DNA of 61,669 nt, counting the filler, from Dirinaria sp. TL-2023a (Eukaryota): assembly GCA_051941275.1 (NCBI GenBank). It is 4 parts of 4 records of this genome, joined end to end, with 100 filler letters (N's around TTAATTAATTAA, not from the genome) between each part and the next. Parts side by side here need not be neighbours in the genome. Positions count along the whole stretch, not along the records: positions 15,467 to 30,831 come from JAVEBF010000552.1; positions 30,932 to 46,261 come from JAVEBF010000553.1; 2 more parts are not named here. One strand, 5' to 3'. The notes beneath the pieces are model-generated. The model had not been told where the DNA came from. It did no database searches and saw only the letters and a list, made by a program, of their open reading frames with translations. The translations under genes were made by a program, and so were the position numbers. This document shows, piece after piece, positions 22,659-36,469 of the stretch (the stretch's first letter is position 1; every line of letters starts with the position of its first letter).

Positions 22659-25638
22659 ACCATCCATTCGGCAGCATCCAGGATAAGCAAAATCCAGTTC
22701 TACGAGAGTTTTGAAACGTTGCCTAGCCCCTTCGGTCATCTTACATTCGCTTACCCTAATTTCGATGGCTTAGCGCCGCATGACAGAACCGGCTGGATGT
22801 TCAAGCGAGGGATCTATCTGACCTCCAAGCGTTCGCTCGTTGGATAGCTGCTGTATTTCCAGGTTATATAGATCTCCGATCCAAGCTCAATACTGAACAT
22901 GTGCGGTAGACATACAACAAATGGTACTTGGATCTTGCTGATTACTGATAGCCACGTGTTCGCGCCTGCTTTCATTGTGATGAGTTTACAAATGTGCCGA
23001 AAGATAATTTGTGTCTTAAATCTTGAGCTCTCGATATGTTGTGATGTGTCAAGCGTATTCTTACGAGGACAGTCGATAGTCTTCCTGAAGGTCAACATAC
23101 ATACCTTCCATTCTTACAGCATACTACCCACCTTTTGTCATTAACAATGTTTGGAGAGCCACATACCATCTGACATCTTTTCCTTCTTTGTCTTCCAACT
23201 TCAACATTGCTGAAATAGCTAGGGTCTACTCTCGCCGTCGTCAGCAACATTCAGGACAGACGAATTTTCTCGGTCTACGCTCCATTGTTACTTCAGTCGA
23301 CGAAGCAGAGCTTTCAGAACTTTGCGATAAAGCTCCTGAAGAACGCTCTTCCTAATTTATAACAGTTGCCATAAAGATAAGATAAGTAAAAGACAAGAAT
23401 TTGTATATATAATTCGCATTACTATTAAGATACAGCGGGCAAACACTTGTTCGCATATAGGGTTGAGACGCAGTATCTGCGTTTCTTCAGCATCTGTAAG
23501 ATTATTAACAGGGAATAGAGACATGGACAGGAGCAAAAGCTCTGCACTCAAGCTTTACTGCCACCAAGTTGCTAGTCGAATCGTTTGACAAGATCTGCAC
23601 TCGCATTCATCTCCGTGAGACAACCCTTCTCATGAAATTTGAGCAACTGACAGGGAGATAGATGATTATTGTTGCCGTAAATGCTTCAGCCCCTAACTGC
23701 TGGGAAGTGAAACTGTTCCGCTGTCTCTTCTGGACTGAAGAAGCGACTGAGACCCTTTGCCTTGATTCTGTGATTTGTTCAAAATCGATCTTGTTTAGCT
23801 AGGGCAGAGAGCTATTGGCCGTGTTACTTCGCAACTCGCAGGTAACAATGTATTAATTCGTTCAAGTTTGTGTGAATCAGACCAATTTCACAGAATAAGC
23901 ACTGACCTATCAGTTCATTGCCAGTATATTCTTTGTCAAGCTTCGCTTTCAGACCATTATGAATTTCTTGCTCTCTGTCTCTCCTCCTTTTTCTTAGTCG
24001 TGTCTGTAGAGTCAGCTTTTGGGGCCGTGCCTCGCTCACACGTTCCTTCATAAAGGGACTGAAAAAGAAAATAATATGTCCAACACAATGAGGAATGCTA
24101 AGATCCTCTTTCGTTATAGTTGTAGGACTAATCTCAGTAACCGTCTTTAATATCGCGGCTTATCATTGGCAATGTCCTCCATACACCTGGCCCTATTCTC
24201 TGGCTGGATCAAATGATCCTCATCATCAAAGAACAATCGTCATTCCCTCGTCCCCGCTTCGATTGTACTAAGATTTCAACCTCAACACCTTAGCTTTGGC
24301 ATTTCTCGCATCTCCCGTCTCGCGCCTGTCTCCGGACCCTCAAGTTCCTCTGCATCCTCGTCTTAATCTCCCTTCTCACTCCGCCAAACCTCTGTCATTC
24401 TCCGCATCCAATGGCCGTCCGCAGATCAACCCTCCCCCCAAACGCCCAGCAGCTCTGAATCGTCGACCTTCACCATCTCGTGCTCTGCACTATCATTTCA
24501 AAGCGACGGAAAGCGGCGATATGCTCGGAGCAGAAGATTGACTAGACTAGCAGATCTCCATGTTCAAGATATCGAAAGGTCAATGGGAAAGTGACCAAGT
24601 GGTGGTTAAGGACGAGAGACCACATATGCCATGAAAGAAGATATCATTAAGAATAATTGCTTCAAAAGGGTGCGCAAATTGTAGAGGTCTATCTACTCTG
24701 AAAGTTCAATATGCCATTTTGTTCGCCTGCAAATGAATTGCGTCGAATGAGGTGCTGCGAAATATCCCAATTCAACTTTCTAATGCTGCGAGAGGCCTAC
24801 TGCGAGCAGGATTTTGCAAATCACGAGATAGAATCCTGGCTAACGCGGTCAGGGCCACCAGTGAGATCAACTGAAAGTCGCCTGGCTGACCAACCCCCCG
24901 AACGAGCCAGATCACTACTCGGTAGTACCTGTGCTCGCCAAAGGCCCAACTACAGTCACCTACCTTAGACAGCCCCCTGTTGACGCGACAGCAATGGTGG
25001 ACAAGGGAATGCTATTCTTACACGGAGAGGGAGCAATATTATCGAGAGAAATTCCTCCCGTCCCGGTCGATGGCCACACATGCTTGCCTAGCCAAAAGAG
25101 TAGTCCATCTTCGTCCTTGTATGGATCACGGAGTCCCCGATAACAAATTTCTCAGGCAGGATATACCTAGCCGAGCTGGCTTCAGCACTAGGGTAATAAT
25201 AAGCACTTAACGGGTAGCTTAAGGCGATGCAAATCGAATAAGCTCCTGTGGCGCCCGTAATAAAGGTGCACTAGCATCCCGGCCTCGCCATGGCCGGCCA
25301 CACGGAAAATCCGATCGGGAGATCATCAGAGAGAACAGCAGCCCGTTGCTACGATGGCAACCAGTCAGAAGACTAGTTTGTAGGCTTCTCATCGAGCTGA
25401 CATTCTGACCTGATTGTTTATGCATGCGCGGAGTCTGGTCATGACATACTTTATCGCAACCGGAGCTGCCCTACATCGAGGATCGAAAGTTCAGTGTTGT
25501 GACCAATTAGTGCGCCATGGATAGATCAAGAAGTAGGTGCCATTCTTATACGCCGTTCTTTTCATATTGCTAGTTTTCCTTCTTTCTGGAAATTTTGAGC
25601 ATCTCTGTTCTCGAATTCAGCAATGATCACATTTGACC

Positions 25639-27413
25639 ATGCTGGCAATACTTCAGGTTTTCTGGCTACTCTCTTGTACGACCGTCTTCTATGCCTTGTA
25701 TCGCGCTGTATACAACAGATACTTTCACCCACTCCGTCATTTCCCAGGCCCTTTCTGGAGTTCTGTAACCGACTTCATCAAGCTATGGATCTTACACACC
25801 AAGCAAGCTCACACCCTTGGTCTCGAGTGTCATAAGAAGTACGGACCCGTAGTCAGAGTCGCGCCAAACCTTCTCGCTATTGATGATCCACTGCTGCTGC
25901 CTCAGGTCTACCATCGACGCGTAGATAAGACAGACGTCTATACTGCGGCCGTTTTGGGCGAGCTAGCTACTGCTTTTCAAACCCTCAAGCATGAAGAGCA
26001 CGCGGCCAAAAGAAAGCGCGTAGCCAATTCTGTGTGTTCTTTCATTTCTCAGCTTGCTGCAGACCCTACAGAGCAAACCCTTCAATCAAAAACCACTGCT
26101 GATGACATTCAGTTTACACTCACCAATCTCAAGCCGCTCGAGGGCCAGATCGATGAACGTATTATGCAATGGACGAATGTATTGAACGATAGATTTGCAC
26201 GAAAAAGTAAAAAGATGGATTTTGCTGCGTGGGTCCAGTGAGTCTTCTATTCCAGAGAGACCTCGTAAAACAACTAGATTGAGTTATTCAGATGGTTTGC
26301 GTACGATACCATTTCTCAACTTTCATTTGGAGAGCCTCTCGGCTTTGTCAAAGAAGGTCGAGATGTTGGGAGACTGATCGAGAACTTCCACGATATGGCT
26401 CCCTTCGCTGCCGTTGTCGGAGCACTGCCATGGCTTGCAAAGCCGTTCCTCGAGAATCCTATTACGCGCCACTTTGCCATGCCTAAGCCCGGAGACAGTA
26501 CGGGAACAGGGAAAATTATGGTCGTAAGACTTCTGCCTTTCTTAGAAGCAGAAGTTTCCTACTAAGATGAGTGATTGCAGTTCAGAGATAATCTCCTCGA
26601 AGAGCGTCTCAAGGACGCTAGGCCCAACCAAAAAGGAGACTTTCTTGATAACATACTCGCCTCTAAGAATGATGATGGATCCCCCATGACCATTGAGGAA
26701 GTGAAGTCCGAATGCTTTATACTTATGGTTGGTGCAGCCGACACGACTGCTGCTTTCTTCTGCGGCTTCGTCAACTTCGTCATGCAAACACCTGGTGTGT
26801 ATGAAAAGCTGGTCAGCGAAATCGACGACTTCGACCGGCGTGGCCTGCTTGCTCACCCTGTTGCCCTCTTCGAGCAGGTGAAACAAATGCCATACTTCAA
26901 AGCCTGTCATCTGGAGATAACGCGTTTCTATCCATCAACTCCGATAAATCTACCAAGATATGTCTCAGAAGGAGGTATGGATCTATATGGGATGCACGCC
27001 CCTGCTGGAACAGAAATTGGCGCCAACCCCTACGTTGTACAGCGAAATAAGGCCGTGTTCGGTGAAGACGCAGATCTATTCCGTCCTGAGCGCTGGCTTG
27101 AAGACGAAGCGAAGTCGGCATACATGGAGAAATACATTATGACCTGGGGGTACGGTACCCGAACCTGCTTGGGCAAGAACATCGCGTTAATGGAAACTTT
27201 CAAGCTCATGAATCACGTAAGTCTGCCATGATATCTTGTTATCTCAAGTAGTTCGCTAATTCCACAATGCAGTTTTTCCGGGTGTTCAAACCGAGCATCT
27301 GTAATCCTGAGAACCCGTGGAAAGCAGAAAATCTGGGGTTACTAGTGCATTATGACATGTGGATCAACCTTGCACCCCGGCAGATGAATTTTGGAGAGGC
27401 CAGCAAAGGCTAG
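25639..27413 (+). CDS. Cytochrome P450 (pisatin demethylase/benzoate hydroxylase-like clan), standalone
   Basis: N-terminal TM plus HFPGP, KYGPVVRVAPN, GAADTT, EITR, FRPERW and heme motif WGYGTRTCLG. The last exon ends with TAG at 27411-27413. Confidence 0.92.
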
Positions 27414-29600
27414 GCGACTTCTTTTTCGGTGGGAGACGTGCCAATCGCAGACAAAGCAATGGACTGAGATCGAATTTGTAAGTTCTAGGGTTAGGACCGA
27501 GGGACACGCGCGGCAACTAGCCTGTTCCGTTGCGGACGCTGATGTCTGGAAGGCTGAATGTTTCGAGTATAGCTGCCTAGCGGCCGTCTTGAATAGAGTA
27601 TGCTGTTTTGCATAATGAATGGCCACTCAGACGAAAGATAGTCGGCATCAGTGGCTCGTCAGAGATTTCCCTGGCATCTCCTCGTGTGGCCCAAAAGTAT
27701 GTGGAATCCCTGATAGGGTAAGCCGAACATTGGATGGTACTAGCCAGGATTTATGGCGTTCCCCTACCTAGATAACCTCCATACCGTGGACCTGAACCGC
27801 AGGACTTGTCGTCTAATACGCGTTATCGGAGAGAAATCTGGAAGTCATGAAAGTAGGCGCCGCTTCCTGATTTTTCCCCCGGCCCCTCTTCCTATTTTCA
27901 CGCCTGTTTCTCACCACTTCCCGGGTCTACTTGGTCTTCTCTCGCTTTTTCTCAAGTCATTGAAGAGACATGTTATTAACAAGATTATGATGATCTTCCT
28001 CAAGTGAGTTTGTTTTTGGGGGGTTGGATTGCTCACTTCTATGAGCGAGCGTGCCTCCGTGCTTCAAAAACTTCGAAATGATCTCCAATAAATTTTACGA
28101 GTAGCCGAGGGGCGAGACGACTTGAATTTTCGAGAAGTCAATTACTTTCTCATACCTCTGTTGCATGCATCATACTTTTCTCTGAGACCTATAGATGTTG
28201 AGGCAGTGCATGCTCCTTCGCAAGCGAATGAATAGAGAAGGATTGAACGATTGACATTGTAAATCTGGGAGGTGGTAGGGGGGGATGTAGTCAGGAAGGC
28301 ACGTTGTTAGAAGTCTGTTCCGGTGTGTGGGTTATGAGGAATATTTAGGGTTATCTTTAAAACACTTCGAACAAAGGTCTCACAAGGTAGGTAAGGTAAG
28401 GTGAAATCATGCGACAACCCTAAGGAATTTGTTGACCATATCTAAGGTAAGGTAGGTCTCTCGGTCCGAGTTAATGAGATAAAATTAAAATACTTCGAAA
28501 TTTGCGGCTTGAGACTTTTAACATTTAGCCACGAAATGGATTTGATTAGTCATCGTAACATGGATGCCGTTTCTCTTCTTTGTTTGGGTTTCAGAAAACG
28601 CTTTTACAGATGATTGAGTCTTAGCACTTGGCACAATTTGCAGCGAGCCTTTTGCAGTTTCATAATGGCTGGCAAGCAGAGCTGAATCCCATCATCAGTC
28701 CGACCACTATTTTAACCAATCACTTTTATCGTATGACTTCCAAGTATTCATGACAAGAAATATGTCTGTGGCGAATTGAATGAAAACTCTGAGCAATTTT
28801 GAATGAGATCGCTTGTTGGGTTCAATTCAAACCTGCTCGAGGGACCAATACGAAGGTTGTTTGACAAGCAGTCGTATATCTGCCATCTTCATCCTCACAC
28901 GTGTCACGACGCCATGCAAAAAGCTTTAGGAGATATGTCTGCTGGTGCTACTTAGACATTCCGGGGGGAGGGGGTTTGGAATTTTGGCCACAATTGTAAC
29001 CGCAGGAAAGAGATAAGGTCTGTCATAATGCAGAATTTGTACTGCATAGTCTTTCACATACTTTCAGACACTTCGAGTCTCTTTTATGTGATGTGGTCTG
29101 GCCTCGCTCTTTGTCTTCCAAGCCAACGCCTTGTTCTTTACGAACCGGATGGTTTGGCACAATTATCTTCGTCCAACATGTAGCGCGGCTCGAAACGCGC
29201 ACTCTGTAAAGATAATGACAGAGAGAACATTCAGCCTAATTCTCATAACGAAGAGCCTCGACCAAGGATGCCTTTGCTAGCACACAAGCACTCGTTGTTA
29301 GCACAACGAACGGTGGCTTGCTCTAGTCTTTGTTCCATTTATAATTCATATTCTTTATACTCACGTTTTCATTGTTCGCACACGTGCCTGCCACATGGTT
29401 TGGAGGGCTGGCGAGGGCAAATCCACAAGATATTCGAAAATATACATTCGTTGCCCCATTCCTGCGTTTAGAAATTCTCTTCGTGAAATTGTTGATCAAC
29501 GAGTTCCGCAAAAGTGCCTACTTCGTACGTTCTTTGAATTGGCGTGTCCGGACATTTATAAGAGTAATCAACGTTGACCATTTATAAAATTGTTCTGATC

Positions 29601-30376
29601 ATGTTTCTTCTACAATCCTTTCTCCTCCTGGTTCCCTGCTTCTCGCTGGCCACAGCGGCGATCATTACTGAATATGTGACTGTTAAAACCGTCACAACGA
29701 TTTACACGCCCAGCGGTAAATCATCTATCGCTGTTGCTAAGGCTACGGTAAATCCTTCGACTCCCGGAGCTCCCTCGGCCAATCTACCGACCGCCACAGC
29801 GGTTGCAGTCAGCAAGACACCCGTCGATCACGTCAACTCTTACCAATCAAACTCAGACTTCATAAATTCAATCCTCAGCTCAACGAACTCCTTCCGCGAA
29901 CAGCACGGTGCCGCTGCTCTGACCTGGAATGATACCTTGGCCGAATATGCGGCCTCACATGCCTCCAGCTGTGTATTTCAGCACACTCACGGCCCCTATG
30001 GCGAGAACTTAGCTGCTGGCTATGCTACTGTCGAGGCCGCTGTGGATGGTTGGGGTAACGAGGGTCAGCAATATAACTTCGCGAGCGGCAGCTTTAGTAT
30101 GCAAACCGGACATTTTACACAATTGGTATGGAAGGCGACAACGGATGTCGGTTGTGGTAGGATCTTTTGCAATAAGGCTGGCACTCCGGGTTGGTATTTG
30201 ATGTGCGAGTACTTTCCGGCGGTAAGTGGGATTTGATCTTTCTGAGTTCTGGTGCCGTGGATCATCAGGAGGATTTGACAATTCTCAGTTTGCTTGTGAT
30301 GTGCCAAAAGCTAATCCGAGATTGATAGGGTAACGTTATTGGAGCTTTTCAGCAGAACGTACAAAATCGCATATGA
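29601..30376 (+). CDS. Secreted CAP/SCP (PR-1/Pry1-like) protein
   Basis: Signal peptide and Thr/Ser-rich linker, then NSFREQHGAAALTWN, HTHGPYGENLA, GHFTQLVWK, VGCG and CEYFPA|GNVIG; one intron. Confidence 0.92.
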
Positions 30377-30831
30377 AGGTCTCAAATAATTACATTCATG
30401 CTCGGAGAGGCTTTGGAAGATTTCTTAAATCGTCTGGGCGTCTTTTTTTTTCCATGAGAAAAATGGGTATTGACTACATCGTTGTGACTGCGTGAGTCGG
30501 TATCGATCTCAAGAGGAGTCGAACGTGAAAGTAAATGAGGAAAGCATTGCTATTCAATCAAGGCGGCGTTGCGAAATTTCCTTTTCTGGGATGTGGGTTA
30601 TTGATTAAATTAGTTTTTCATTAATAGAAAAATTACCTGGACTTTGAAAGCATAAACATGTTACGTAATCGAAGTATCATTTCGAACAAGAATGTCGATC
30701 TTAAAAGGCCGGCGATGAGGATCACTTGTACGTGATACCGGCTACGACCCTATTGCAATGTCAATAGAGTCAAGTATCCTCGATTTTTTCTGTTGACGAT
30801 GAGAGCATAGTGAGAGCAGTGTGTTCTCGTG

Positions 30832-30931
30832 NNNNNNNNNNNNNNNNNNNNNNNNNNNNNNNNNNNNNNNNNNNNTTAATTAATTAANNNNNNNNNNNNN
30901 NNNNNNNNNNNNNNNNNNNNNNNNNNNNNNN
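30832..30931. other. Assembly gap with synthetic linker
   Basis: N-run / TTAATTAATTAA / N-run. Confidence 0.97.
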
Positions 30932-32149
30932 CATGAGCCTTGGTTACCCTTGGTTGCAGATGTCCCAGGCTAACGACCGATCTCAGTCGAGGTTCCTTAG
31001 CTTACGTACAGTATTTTAAGGTAAGTCAAGATCCGTAAGGTAGTACCTTAGGACTGTCTAGAAGTTTTATTAGCTCCTAAGGGGTTTCATTATTGAGCTA
31101 ACCCTATTTTGGGTTAGTGATTTGGCAGCAAGAAAAGACTTCGCTATCGCAGAAGCAGTACTGGAAATGCTTTTCAAGCACACTTTTAAGAATGCGAACT
31201 GGCAGGCCCATTTATGGCTGGATACTGTAATGCGAAGTGGATTCCTGCGTGTCAGTTTAGGGACCTCTAGTGTTAAAGAGAATCTACCTTGGAGACTCCG
31301 TACTCGTGCATGACATAATCTCTTGATCGGTCCCCGGAGAATGGAGGCTAGGGTAGCCGAAACCTAATCTGAAGTAGAGTCGCGGAAGCGGCGGGGTCTA
31401 ACCGACTTTTCTATTGCAGGAAAAGTCATAAAATGGTCTACATGTACATACTAAAGTGATTATTACCTTTTAGGTATCATCGCCTCCATTGTTTGGCTGT
31501 CTTAGAAAGGGGGATCTGGCCTAAAAAGTCATCACGTCAGAGCGCAGAAAGGTCATGCGAGGTCGCGAACCCCTCGAAAGTGATTGGATGCTGGTGTGGG
31601 AGCTTGAGAAAAAGGAAAGCTTGTGAAGCTCCACTTCAAGTATAATTACTGTGTAAGGTGCCTACTGTTCACAGTCCCTTTTGTCTTCAATGTAAAATAA
31701 TTGTCAAAGGTCTGCCACCCTACATGTGATTATCATCATATCATGGGCCATGAGCAAAAGCGCGGACACTATCATGCAGCACTAATGTCGATCCCTAATC
31801 CATGCCCGGCCTGGGGTCAATGACCGTCACCTGTATTAGGTGCACTTGTGCCGTCCGGGTCCGCATTGGGATCCCAGTTCGGTAGAGGACAAAGGGAAAC
31901 CAGCGACACCTCCTATTCGTCTAGGGGGCGTCTCCCCCGGGATTCCCACGGACTTGCCGCTTTCGACCGGCCTGAACCCGAGAGAGAGAGCAACTAGAAC
32001 GGAGAGTTCGATGATTGTTGGAGCTAATGCCGTACTCACTGGTACTTTGACCTTGGTTCTTTCACTCCTTGGGCCCCATTCTTCTGCATTTATTTGCATG
32101 TGCCACACGGGTCTGGTCAAATGAATTGGCTTTCCCATAAAAAGCACAT

Positions 32150-34500
32150 ATGCAGTACGCTGATTATCCCCACCAGTACCCCTCGGTACAGACAATGCGC
32201 CATGGTGACGGACTGCACAACGAAGCCGAGCGCGAAACGACCTCTTACAAACAGCACAATGGCACGCAGGAGGGCCCTTTCTCCCCAGTCACCGCTGTCA
32301 AAGATTTTCAAGATCACCATCGGCCTCCTCCCCGAAGGCCAAGTACCCCCAATTTTGATAAATCGTCTTCGAGGTTAAGGTCAGGCCCAGCGCCCCCAGT
32401 GCCAGACTCGCAACACCGCTTTCGACACCCTGTCCGTGATGAGTGAGTGTTTTCCAGAACCCATTGTCTATCCTCACCTTAATACAAGAACTACAGTAGT
32501 CTTCGTGCGACTCACCGGCAGCCCCACGTCCAGGATTATCATGGCTCACGAAGCCCATCACCTGTCTCCGGGATGTCATCAGACGAAACATACGAGACTC
32601 AGGCAACATCTATCCAGATGCCTCCCTTACAAGCAGAATCCGCCCTGGAGCCCAATGATCAAATGGAGCCTTTGCAAGGAGACCTTGCTGGCTCTTTCGA
32701 CCTGGTTGCCCCTGCTCAAGAAGGCCACCAAGGCTTTTCGCTAGAGGCAAGATCGTTACAGATCTTTTCCCATGAGCACCTTATGGTTATATTTGCAGAT
32801 CCATCACTACTCCTTAGATTTACAGCGTTTCTAAGTACATATCGACCACAGTCTGTACCAATCCTAATTTATTACCTTGACGCGCTGAAAGCGCTCAAAG
32901 CCATGAAATACGCCAACGCAATCGCTGAGGCGTTGGCTCCGATTCCCGGGCACCTTTTTACTGCCGATCAAGCACCTCCTAGTGTCAATGCTGCATTAGA
33001 GCAAAAGGCAAATCAAGCGTTCGACGTACTGGTCAAGGAGGAATTACCGGCATACGTTACTCAGATGTACATACAGATTGTTAGCTTGAGCATCTCCCAA
33101 AGAATTACAGGCGTTCTCGCTCCTCACCTGCGAGAAGCGTCAGAAGGTCTTGCGGAGGTCTTCTGTCTCACGGATCCCTCCAGGCCCGACAATCCGATTG
33201 TTTTCGCATCGGAAGGTGAGAAATCGCAATTGTCAGTTTTGAAATTGCATACACATCTAATGTTTCTCTTTACCAGAATTCTGCCGAACGACTCAATATG
33301 GAATGGGCTACACTATCGGGCGCAATTGTCGATTCCTCCAGGGTCCGAAGACAAACCCACTTAGTGTCCGGAGACTACGAGACGCTGTCAAATCGGGGAA
33401 GGAACAGAGCGAAGTTTTTCTCAACTAGTAAGTAGAGGCTTTTCGGGAGATTGACTGCCGCTCACCCAAAATAGTCGGCGTGACGGATCGCCGTTCATGA
33501 ATCTACTCATGATTGCTCCTCTATGCGACAGTCGGGGCAAGATACGGTATCATATTGGTGCCCAGGTTGACGTGAGTGGACTGGCAAAAGACTGTACAGA
33601 TCTGGAATCCCTTCAGAGATTAGTCGTTAAGCAACAAGAGCAACAGCGTATGTCTGACAGCAATGGTGGCGCAGCGGACGAGCAGCAAGAGAAGGGAGAT
33701 GAATTCCAGGAATTGAGCGAGATGCTAAATATGGGAGAGTTGGAGACTGTTAGAAGGCACGGCGGCCGCATGCACAGGGAGTATCAAGAAGAAGACACCG
33801 AAAGTTCTCGAAATGCAGCGTTGCATAAACCAAGGCTCTTGCTTGAAGAGCCAACTTCAGACCCTACGCGTGAATACACTCCGGGAAGTCGTCTGAGCGG
33901 CAGACTGAAAGGCGTTTATCAGAATGTGAGCTCTCTTCCAACGAACAGATCATGGACCCTGGGCTGACCGGAGCATAGTATCTCTTGATTCGCCCTTATC
34001 CTTCGTTGCGCATTCTATTTGCTTCGCCTACGTTGCGGGTTCCGGGGATCTTGCAATCGCCTTTTATGAACAAAATTGGTGGTTCTGGCCGGGTTCAGGA
34101 TGAGCTGACGGCAGCGCTTGCTGAGGGTCGCGGTGTGACGGCGAAAGTCAGATGGGTATCCAAAGCCGATGAAGAAGGTCGTAATCGCTGGATTCACTGC
34201 ACCCCATTAATCGGCAGCAACGGCCAGATTGGCGTCTGGATGGTCGTCCTCATCGACGACGATCAAGGGATTAGCCGCAGGTGGAAGCAAGCTCCTCCAG
34301 TAGCCACCTCCAGAGGTAAAGACTATGGATCTTCTCGAGAGGCCCAAAGCCGTTACCGCAGCAGTGAAGAGCTCGCGTCGGGTGACCGTAGTGGTCCGAG
34401 CTCCATACGCAATGAGTACAGGGCCAGAGGTCATCCTGATATGCGGAATGGCGGTGGCTCGGTGCGGTCTGCGTCCCCCAACTCAGTCCGAATCTATTGA
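32150..34500 (+). CDS. RGS-like/LOV/C-terminal PAS-like blue-light photoreceptor (fungal RGS-LOV type)
   Basis: LAEVFCLTDPSRPDNPIVFASE, canonical GRNCRFLQGP (33318-33347), LNYRRDGSPFMNLL and IGAQVDVS. An N-terminal helical RGS-like region (LLLRFTAFL..YYLD) and a C-terminal RILFASP..WIHCTPL domain flank the LOV core. Four introns are inferred. Confidence 0.88.
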
Positions 34501-35239
34501 GCGTGCGTGCCTGTCCAGCTGGCTATACATGTCGGAAAGTATTTACATCTCATTGGCGGGGGCTACGTTCACATAGCCCTTTAAACTTAGACAGCTTCTT
34601 ATCCGTGTATATCTATTTGATTAGCGGGGCGTCAGATACCATATAGCATATCGAAAATAGTCTTGGCCTTAGCTTGTTGCTTGGAATAAGAAGATGGATC
34701 CCGGGTCCAGGTAATAATTCAGAGATGCGGCTCAATTGTTTACAGCCTCAAGTATTTAATTCAAGCGACCCATAGTTGCATTCAGATACGATTGTACCGG
34801 CAGCCCGGTCATACACTTGAGCTGGGTACCTACCTTACCTTATCTATTCTTTGCAACAACCGAACCGTTGAATTTCTTGCCATTGGTTTATTTATTCTCA
34901 TACCGGACTGCCTACAATACCTTATACCTACCTCGACTTACTCCATTCTACCAGCAGTCTTACCATTTTGAAGCGGTCCGTACTTCCAAGCGAGAACCCG
35001 ATCCACCGTAAAAATCTTGACACAAAGCAGGTTCCCAATCTCAATGCTCCTTTAAAGGCAGTCTGAATGTACCCACCTTCCACCCATCCCGTCGTCTTAC
35101 AGACTTAGAGTACCTTACCGCAAAGAAAGGGACCCCTATGGCGAAACTTTAGCAAGCAATCGTCAACACAAGATCCGGCCTGTAATCCAAATCATTGACG
35201 ACGCCGAACTGGCCGGATCCTCGCGTCATCGCCTCAGTG

Positions 35240-36469
35240 ATGCCGTCCATCAAGCTCTGCATCCAGCTTGCTTTCGTCGCCAGCTTCGTCTGCTTGGTCA
35301 CCATCCTTCATAGCTACGCTATTCCATATCTAAGTCTCGCTACACCCAAGCTTGGGGCAGGTTTCGACGAAACCGTGATGGAGACCCCAGTCAACACTCC
35401 CAGGCAAAGATTAGTTGTAGCGGAACCATCGCAATCTGGTCTGCTGCCCACCCCCTTTCGGCCGGGGAAACCCAAACCGCCAGGATCGCAGTATTCCCGA
35501 GTAATGGTCGTTCCGCGCACGAAAGATGAAGATATCAGCTGGATTTCACAGGAGGTGCCAGACTTGGACTTGACCATGTATGTTGCCGATGACCCCGAAG
35601 CAGAATTACATCCTCCAAAGAACAAGGGGCACGAGGTCATGGTCTATCTCTCATACATAATTGACCATTATTACACCTTACCAGACATATCGATATTCAT
35701 GCACGCGCATCGGTGGACCCACCATAACAATCTGTTCCTTGGGGCGGATGCCTCACAAATGCTCCGGCGACTGAGCAATGAGCATGTAGTAAGAGAGGGT
35801 TACATGAATATGAGATGTCACTGGGACCCAGGCTGTCCTGAGTGGCTTCACTTCAATGGTACAAAAGAGCTAATTGGAAAGCAAGAAGAAGCATATCTTG
35901 CGAAGAGCTGGAAGGAGCTGTTTCCACTGGAGCCTTTTCCAGCATACCTAGCTCAGCCATGTTGTGCACAATTTGCCCTGTCTCGGCAGCGCATACTTTC
36001 GATCCCCTTGAGCCGCTTTGTCTTCTTCAGGGACTGGATGATGAAAACACCACTAACAGATTACATTTCAGGAAGGATCTTGGAATACTCATGGCAATTC
36101 ATCTTTACAGGCAAAAGCGCACTTTGCCCCGCTGAGCATATATGTTATTGCGATGGATTCGGACTTTGTTTCGGCAGCGCAGTTAAATACGAGGAGTATG
36201 TCCAGGCTGAACAAAAAAAGCAAAAACTGGGAAAGAATTTGGAGGAGTTGAAGGAAGCAGACGCGGCTTCCAAGTCCTCTTCAGCTGGTCAAAATTTGAT
36301 TAAGATCGCACCACCGGACCCGAAGCGGCTCAATGAGCTCCAAGGTCATATCAGTGCTATTGAGGGAGACATGGCGAGGTGGCTACAGGAAGCCAACGAG
36401 AGAGGGAGAGACCCTAAGCTGCGAGCTGAAGAGTGCGGACGACAATGGAGCGAGGGAGACGGCTTCTGA
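35240..36469 (+). CDS. DUF3431 family membrane-anchored protein
   Basis: N-terminal TM, PKNKGHEVMVYLSYIIDHY, FMHAHRWTHHN, PCCAQFALSR and SGRILEYSWQFIF. Confidence 0.85.
   Translation: MPSIKLCIQLAFVASFVCLVTILHSYAIPYLSLATPKLGAGFDETVMETPVNTPRQRLVVAEPSQSGLLPTPFRPGKPKPPGSQYSRVMVVPRTKDEDISWISQEVPDLDLTMYVADDPEAELHPPKNKGHEVMVYLSYIIDHYYTLPDISIFMHAHRWTHHNNLFLGADASQMLRRLSNEHVVREGYMNMRCHWDPGCPEWLHFNGTKELIGKQEEAYLAKSWKELFPLEPFPAYLAQPCCAQFALSRQRILSIPLSRFVFFRDWMMKTPLTDYISGRILEYSWQFIFTGKSALCPAEHICYCDGFGLCFGSAVKYEEYVQAEQKKQKLGKNLEELKEADAASKSSSAGQNLIKIAPPDPKRLNELQGHISAIEGDMARWLQEANERGRDPKLRAEECGRQWSEGDGF

Noticed and set aside
28380..28460. AGGTA/TACCT (GGTAAGGTA) runs recurring in intergenic DNA
   Set aside because: This low-complexity motif is scattered across many intergenic regions of the window. 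It is neither telomeric nor locus-specific.
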